A stretch of DNA of 8,013 bases. Origin: Octopus vulgaris (taxonomy: Eukaryota). Below the pieces are notes generated by a model. It was not told the origin of the DNA. It searched no databases and saw only the letters and a program-made list of their open reading frames with translations. The position numbers and the translations under genes are program-made. Positions 1-8,013 of the stretch are shown here, piece after piece. The stretch lies in the NCBI GenBank assembly GCA_951406725.2, contig CATOCA020000078.1, forward strand, positions 1 to 8,013, written 5' to 3'. How positions within the stretch are numbered: the stretch's first letter is position 1; the number at the start of each line of letters is the position of its first letter.

Positions 1-147
1 ATACCACTAAGCACACACCTAGCTACATGTGGAGAAGGAAAATTTAAGATATTTCCCTTCTACAAGTGTCCGAAGAATGACACCCCCTTCAGGAGGAATA
101 TGGAAAAACATTTCATAGCTAAGTTCTCCCCCAAATTAAATGGCTGA
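1..147 (+). mobile_element. 3' end of a probable Penelope-like element ORF (C-terminus of GIY-YIG endonuclease); 5' part lies outside the window
   Basis: Frame +1 is open from base 1 to TGA at 145-147: IPLSTHLATCGEGKFKIFPFYKCPKNDTPFRRNMEKHFIAKFSPKLNG*. The pattern S-x-H...F-x-I...R-x-x-x-E-x-x-F-I-x-x-x-x-P-x-L-N just before the stop matches the end of GIY-YIG domains in Penelope-like elements. Too short for the ORF track; the GIY and YIG motifs themselves are not in the window. Confidence 0.7.
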
Positions 148-451
148 AACTTTACTCAACATACATTGAAGGAAAAATCTGTGTGTGTGTAGATGTGTGT
201 ATTGCCTGTTATATACATCATATTATATTATTATCTTTATAATTCACTTCCATCTTTACCCTTTAATTGTCACTTTAATTTTAACTTTCCTATGACATAC
301 AACTTTCAAGATGGTATAATTTGGTTGTTCATTTTGAACCGATAAAAAGGTTTTTTCAAATATTTTATGTATAAGTCTGTGTGTGTGTATATATATGTGT
401 TGGTATAAATATCAACACACAAAAATATTTTTTCTTCTCCACTTCCTCCCT

Positions 452-606
452 TATTTTTATTTTTATTTTTTTATTTTTTATTCTTTATATTTTTATTTAT
501 TCTTTATATTTTTTTATTTTATTTTTTATTTTTTGTTTTTATTTTATTTTATTTTTTTTTTTTTAAATTTTTAAATTTTTTATTTTTATTATTATTATTT
601 TTATTT
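452..606. repeat. T-rich low-complexity tract, degenerate (TTTTA)n/(TTA)n
   Basis: Almost only T and A, with T runs separated by single As and (TTA)n near 587-600. Confidence 0.9.
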
Positions 607-642
607 TCCCTTTTCTCTTTTTGTCTCTCTCCCCTTCTCCAA

Positions 643-732
643 ACACACAGACACACACACACACATACACACACACACACACACGCACACAAAAACACAC
701 ACAGACACACAGAGACACACACACACACACAC
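643..732. repeat. Imperfect (CA)n microsatellite
   Basis: CA dinucleotide run with occasional GA/TA/CG/AA interruptions. Confidence 0.95.
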
Positions 733-899
733 CTCCACAGAATGATCATAGAAAGTGTGACCCCAAATGACATTTGCCAGGCCAACCTATGCACAACACA
801 CACTCAGTGACATTGAAATGGACAGCCAAAGTTCTTATAAAACCACAGGGGGTCCAGCAGACCAACGGAAATAACACTTCTTCACTCTCAGATATAAAT

Positions 900-900
<1 letters not shown>

Positions 901-967
<67 letters not shown>

Positions 968-970
968 ACA
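901..970. repeat. Near-perfect (CA)n microsatellite
   Basis: Uninterrupted CA from 901 to 962, one TA interruption, then CA to 970. Confidence 0.97.
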
Positions 971-1175
971 TATTTTCTCTCTGTCTCACTTCCTCCTCAC
1001 CCACTACTACGAAACTATAAAAAGGTTCAAACTACCCACAACTGATTTGATTTGAAAACCCACTAGAATGGGAGCAAGCGCTAATCCGAATGATATGATA
1101 TATATGTAAAAAATGTAATATATAAATAAATATCTACAAATATGAACCATCTGATCTGATTACCTCAATTTTTCT

Positions 1176-3180
<2,005 letters not shown>

Positions 3181-3255
3181 TGGCTGTATGTTATTTTGCG
3201 GTTGAAGCTTGTGGCTGTAATAGTGTGTGTGAATGGTATTATGATTCCTTGATTG

Positions 3256-3429
<174 letters not shown>

Positions 3430-3494
3430 GTAAGGAAGATATTATTTATATATATGTTATCATTAGTGTTCTTTCAAACAGAAAATATATAATA

Positions 3495-3730
3495 TATCTA
3501 TGTGTATGTATATGTGTGTGTTAGAAGTATGCAATTAGTATTTTAGAAGACATTGTCTGTAGCGACGGACAAATATATATTTTCTTTTCTTATTGCTTAA
3601 ATTTGTAAAATATCTATGTGTATGTATATGTGTGTGTTAGAATATACGCAATTAGTTTTATTATTTTAGAAGACATTGTCTGTAACGGACAATATACATA
3701 TATATATATTTCTCTGTTAAATTCTGTAAT
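3495..3730 (+). repeat. Diverged tandem duplication, unit ~116-120 bp
   Basis: TATCTATGTGTATGTATATGTGTGTGTTAGAA occurs at 3495 and 3611; both copies continue with GCAATTAGT, TATTTTAGAAGACATTGTCTGTA, ACGGACAA and TTAAATT(C)TGTAA. Confidence 0.9.
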
Positions 3731-3849
3731 ATATATATTATATGTTATATTTATTATATTATTATTGTTTCTTTATATATATATACTGTTTATATATATG
3801 TACACATGTGTATATGTATGTATGTATATATGTGTGTGTACAAATATTG

Positions 3850-4242
3850 TTTAGAATTGTGTGTGTATTTCTCTCTCTCTCTGTCTGTCTCTTTTTTATT
3901 TTTGTCTCTTCATAACTCTCATTCTATCTTATCTTTCAAATATATAAATTCTCTCTATATCTTCCTTCTATTATCTCTTCAGTTTTTGTTCTCCTTGTTT
4001 ATTATCTCTATCTCTTATTATATTGTTCTCCTTGTTATATACTCTCTTCTATTATATTCTTGGATACATATAAGGACATGTTTCTCTCTCTTTTCTATCT
4101 CAGTCTCTTCTTCCTCTTCTCTCTTACTCTGTTAAAATAGCTTCATTTAGAATTCTCCCTCTCTCTCTTTCTCTGTCTGTCTCTCTCTCTCCCTCTCTCT
4201 GTCTATAACTCTCATTCTATCTTACCCCTCCAAATATATAAA
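3850..4242 (+). repeat. Diverged direct repeat (~100 bp, copies ~293 bp apart) in a CT-rich region
   Basis: ATAACTCTCATTCTATCTTA is exact at 3912-3931 and 4205-4224. Each copy is preceded by TTTAGAATT and a CT tract containing CTCTGTCTGTCTCT, and followed by CAAATATATAAA. Confidence 0.8.
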
Positions 4243-4334
4243 GTACATAGACATAGCTCTCTTCTCTCTATTACCCCCCTGACTTTGGATTAATATTACT
4301 TAACATAATTAGATAGATAGATAATATATCAAGA

Positions 4335-5225
4335 ATGTCCAGAGCTTGGAAACGTGATGAACTGGTGTGGTTCCTGCGAGGATGGCAATGCGCTGACGGA
4401 GAAAGTCCAAGTAACATAATTGCGGCAGCACTAAAGAACAAAGGATTCAAAAGGACATCAGCACAAATAGAGCGGAAGAGGCAAGAGTTCGTACGCTCAT
4501 ACGCACTTGTCAGATCGCACATAAACACACTGGATGCCATTTTTAACAGCGAAAAACGCGAACAAAGTAAAGATGGCAAGGATGGAAACGTGGGCGCAGA
4601 TGAGGAGGGTCACCCCCACCTGGTGGACGCCCAGGAAGAAAACTCCAACGATAGGCCTGCCCGGGAGGTGAACCCAGGTACGGATGCTCCTACCGGCTCC
4701 AAAAGCCGTGGACATGGAGATGAAGAGGCCAAAAAAGAGGAAAAACTGAAGCTAAAACTCAGACAAAGCCAAGGGACAAGGCAGCCAGGGACAGAGGCAA
4801 ACCTAACGGTCCATATGCCAAAAAGGATGGAAACAAGCAGCGCACACGGGTATGTAGGTTCTACCTGAAAGGTGCCTGCCGGCATGGGAGAGGAAGGTGC
4901 AGGCTGCCGCTTTGCACATCCGGGACCCTGCCACAGAAACCAACCACCGAAAGGAAATGGGATGGACCAGGCATCACCTGCCCCAAAACGGAGGTACGCA
5001 GATGTGGTGCGTACCACAAACCACCAACGTGTTGTTGAAAGGGCAGCTGCTGAGCAGGAATCTTTTTTGTGCATGGCACAAAAGATTGTACAGCAGCTAA
5101 CCTGGCTCCATCAGGCTCAGGCTCGCAGATGGAACTGCCCACAGTTCACAAGACCGCCACAGCAGATGGACCCAGGGTGGACAACGCCGGCAACAGCATA
5201 CACCTCACCTCGATGCTCCTACTGA
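4335..5225 (+). pseudogene. LINE ORF1 (~296 aa reconstructed): Myb/SANT-like domain, charged linker, CCCH zinc finger; two compensating frameshifts
   Basis: ATG at 4335 in frame 3; inferred shift to frame 2 near 4741-4745 (KTEAKTQTKPRDKAARDRGKPNGPYAKKDGNKQRTRVCRFYLKGACRHGR); return to frame 3 near 4890 (EGAGCRFAHPGPC...RRYADVV...); stop at 5223-5225. This joins track ORFs 4335..4868 and 4872..5225. Confidence 0.75.
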
Positions 5226-5885
5226 ACATCAGAGGTTTACTAACACACAGTAACAGGACAAAAGTCCCGTTCCTGAGAGACTTTGTCGCATGCAATCAAG
5301 CCTTATGCATAGCACTCACAGAAACGCATCTGAAACCGGACATAGCAGATGCAGAATTACACATACCACAGTATGTTGTACTACGGACCGACAGGAAAGA
5401 AAGGAGTCATGGAGGAGTTGCTATGTACATCCGTGGGGACCTCACACCCCAGGTCCTTTTGTCATACTCAAACTCGGTGTGTGACACACTAATTGTACAC
5501 ATAAGGCAACTTGATGTAGTTGTGTGTGCTACATATCGCCCTCCAGATGCCCCAAGTCATATGGGCAAGTTCGAGGACTGCCTTTTAAAAATAGAAGAAG
5601 TTCTAACCACATTAGAACAACACATAAGTGTACTTCTCATGGGAGACTTCAATCTACCGAATGTCAGATGGCCCGAGGGCCTTTCTCTCCCAGGAATGAC
5701 AAGATGTGAACGTGGACAGGCGAGGTCCCTCCTGAACCTCACCAACACCCTGTACATGGAGCAAGTAATACTGCAACCAACCAGAGCAGGTAACACACTG
5801 GATCTCTGCTTCACAAATAATATGGATCTCATCCATAATGTGAAAGTGACACCGACACTACTCTCGGATCACAACATGGTAGAGC
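5213..5885 (+). other. Apurinic/apyrimidinic-like (APE/EEP) endonuclease domain of ORF2
   Basis: Motifs LLNIRGL, IALTETHL, RTDR..HGGVAMY, YRPP, GDFN (5642-5653), PTR..NTLDLCF and SDH (5864-5872), all in one open frame. Confidence 0.95.
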
Positions 5886-6729
5886 TGACCATGTACGGGC
5901 CAAAAGAGAGCACGGACATGCAGCCTACAAGAAACCCTCAGAATCTTTCCAGCTTGAACTTCAATAAGGCAAACTGGAAACAAATTGAGAAAGAGATCCT
6001 CAAACAAAACTGGCCTGAATGTCTCTCCTCGCCGGACATCGACATGATACTTCAACAATTCATGTCTGTAATGCAAGCCATATGCTACAAATGTGTCCCA
6101 GAGAGAAAGGCCACTGTACACAAGAACAAAATCCCCAGAGAGAAAATTTTAATGAGACGGCGTACAAAAATTTCAAATCGCCTAAACAAACAAATTGAAA
6201 GTAGTGAAAAGTCCCGCCTGAAAATAAAACTGTTGGAAATTGAAAATTGTCTGCAACTTTCCCATGAGAAGGAAAGAGCAGACAAAGAAGCCTGGGCTAT
6301 AGACAACATAAAAACTAACCCCAGAGCTTTCTACAGGTATGCCAAAGAAACGGCTACAGTGCACTGTAGGATAGGGCCACTCCTTGAAAAGATGGCACAC
6401 TCACAGGAAAACCAATGAGGGTAAGTGAAATACTGAATGAACAATTCAAGAGTGTTTTCACTCCACCCCTGGGCATTTCCAAATCAGCAATCCAACTGAC
6501 TTCTTTACCACTGCAGATATAGAATCAGAGGCGGCGACGATTGATTACATCAATATAAAGGAAGACGATGTAATAAAGGCTATAGATGAAATGAAAACAA
6601 ACTCAGCTACTGGCCCCGATGGATTCCCAGCAATCCTCTAAAAGTATGTAAGAGAGTCCTAGCAAGACCACTGCAGTTCCTCTTTCAGAGCTTCCTTGCA
6701 GCTGGCAAACTTCCAAGAAAACTGAAGGA

Positions 6730-7500
6730 AGGTAAAATATGCCCTATTCATAAAGGAGGTAGCAGAGCGGAGGCCAAGAACTACAGACCTATCTCTCTGA
6801 CCTCACACATCAGCAAGGTCATGGAACGAATAGTCAGAAGGAAACTAATCACCTTCCTTGAAGAAAATGACTTGCTGCCCGACACCCAACATGGTTTCCG
6901 ACCAGGAAGAAGCTGCTTAACTCAGCTCCTGCAGCACTATGACTGGGTGCTGAAACGACTGCTCAACCACTCAAATGTGGAAGTCATATATCTCGACTTT
7001 GCAAAGGCCTTCGATAAAGTCGATCATGGAATGATATGTCACAAACTGCGTGATCTTGGCATAGTTGGAAAACTGGGAGAATGGCTTCATGACTTTCTGA
7101 AGAATAGAAGTCAGGTGGTAGTAGCCAATGGGGCCACTTCCATTAACACGCAAATAGTGAGTGGTGTTCCACAGGGCACTGTTTTGGGACCACTACTGTT
7201 CATAATGGCCCTCTCAGACATGCCCTCAGCCACGCAGAGAGCCACGATCACAAGTTATGCAGATGATACAAAAGTTTCACAGGCAATACAGAACCCTGAA
7301 GGACACTAAGCACCTGCAATGTGAGCTGGACGAAATATACAAGTGGGCTGAAAAGAATAGCATGCAGTTCAATGCTGAAAAGTTTCAAGCTTTATACTAT
7401 CAGCATGCAAAACTGAATGCAATACCCAATGAATACACTGGACCCGGAGGGACTGCAATCCCAGAGGCACAATCAGTGCGTGACCTGGGTATTCACATGA
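6730..7500 (+). other. Reverse transcriptase domain of ORF2 (non-LTR type)
   Basis: Motifs PIHKGG..KNYRPISLTS, QHGFRPGRSC, YLDFAKAFDKVDH, GVPQGTVLGPLLF, YADDTK (YADD at 7256-7267), W..N.MQFN..K and DLGI. YADDTK and DFAKAFDKV are typical of the CR1/L2 group. Confidence 0.96.
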
Positions 7501-8013
7501 GTGATGATGCGACCTTTCATGTACATGTTGCTAAACTGACAATGAAATGTAGACGGCTGACCAGATGGATTCTTAGAACCTTTAGAACAAGAGACAAGAA
7601 ACCATGATGGTCCTCTGGAAGACACTTGTCCTAAGCCACTTTGACTATTGCTCTCAGCTATGGCCACCATCCAGTGTCAAGTTGATCACAGAACTTGAGG
7701 CGATCCAACAAAGCTACATGAAGAAGATAGCCTCTATGCAGCATATAAGCTATTGGGAAAGACTCAAGAGATTAAAACTTATTCCCTAGAGCGTAGGCGA
7801 GAAAGATATGCCATAATATACATCTGGAAGATCCTAGAAGGACTTATCCCAAACTTTGGCATCGAGAGTTACACAAATGCCAGAACTGGGCGCCACTGCG
7901 TGGTGCCAAGGACTCCAAGTTTGCCATCAAGATGTAAGGACAAGATACTGTGATAGCCTGGGCTTCCGAGGCCCACAGCTCTTCAATATCCTCCCAAAGA
8001 ACCTAAGAGACCT

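Larger units (their letters stand above)
4335..8013 (+). mobile_element. Non-LTR retrotransposon (LINE), CR1/L2-group-like, with ORF1 and ORF2; 3' end beyond the window, 5' UTR boundary undetermined
   Basis: Abrupt switch from low-complexity AT-rich to coding-like sequence at ~4335. ORF1, APE endonuclease, RT and C-terminal motifs follow in canonical order on one strand. Confidence 0.95.
5129..8013 (+). pseudogene. LINE ORF2 (APE endonuclease + reverse transcriptase), frameshifted, runs off the window
   Basis: Frame 2 is open from 5054; first ATG at 5129, next at 5213. Track ORFs 5069..6418, 6821..7309, 7257..7607, 7604..7789 and 7753..7953 plus intervening segments join through shifts near 6388, 6472, 6637, 7301, 7600, 7780 and 7932. 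C-terminal motifs include VRDLGI, DYCSQLW, LEAIQ, YWERLKRLKL-YSLERRR and GPQLFNILP. Confidence 0.93.

Noticed and set aside
333-1031. ATAAAAAGGTT at 342-352 and 1017-1027, and TTTGAACC/GGTTCAAA inverted match, as possible target-site duplication or terminal repeats
   Set aside because: Short AT-rich matches are expected by chance here, and no element is evident between them.
381-1055. F/I/Y-rich, CVCV and HTHT ORFs
   Set aside because: Artefacts of the T-rich tract and the (CA)n microsatellites.
1040-1100. Possible hammerhead ribozyme near CTGATTTGA and the CCCA-CTAGAA-TGGG hairpin, expected near Penelope-like elements
   Set aside because: I could not find CUGANGA and GAAA core boxes flanking a stem in the right arrangement; an Infernal search would be needed.
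3618-4135. Hydrophobic ORFs that resemble membrane proteins
   Set aside because: They derive from TA/TG/CT low-complexity DNA and show no recognisable motif.
6730-7500. RT as a retron, group II intron, DGR or CRISPR-associated RT
   Set aside because: The upstream APE domain, ORF1, CR1/L2-type motifs and eukaryotic microsatellite context identify a LINE; no repeat-spacer array or prokaryotic gene context is present.
4271-7670. Minus-strand and alternative-frame ORFs overlapping the LINE (e.g. 4610..5074, 5557..5832, 7473..7670)
   Set aside because: Shadow frames of ORF1/ORF2 with no recognisable domains.

Overview
Eukaryotic (animal-like) repeat-rich DNA with no recognisable host gene. Bases 1-147 are the 3' end of a reading frame that resembles the GIY-YIG endonuclease tail of a Penelope-like retroelement. 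Bases ~150-4330 are very AT-rich and low in complexity: a T-rich tract, two (CA)n arrays, a ~2 kb (TA)n array, a second (TA)n array and two diverged local duplications. From 4335 to the window end lies a + strand non-LTR retrotransposon (LINE, CR1/L2-group-like). Its ORF2 (APE endonuclease plus reverse transcriptase) is broken by 7 inferred frameshifts. The most interesting part is ORF1. After repairing two compensating frameshifts it reads as ~296 aa with an N-terminal Myb/SANT-like (trihelix-type) domain and a CCCH zinc finger that the ORF track does not show. It overlaps ORF2 in the -1 frame, with a U_UUU_UUG heptamer sitting right where the ORF2 frame opens. All domain calls are from motif recognition by eye; no searches were run. 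The microsatellite load is reminiscent of cephalopod or crustacean genomes, which is inference only.
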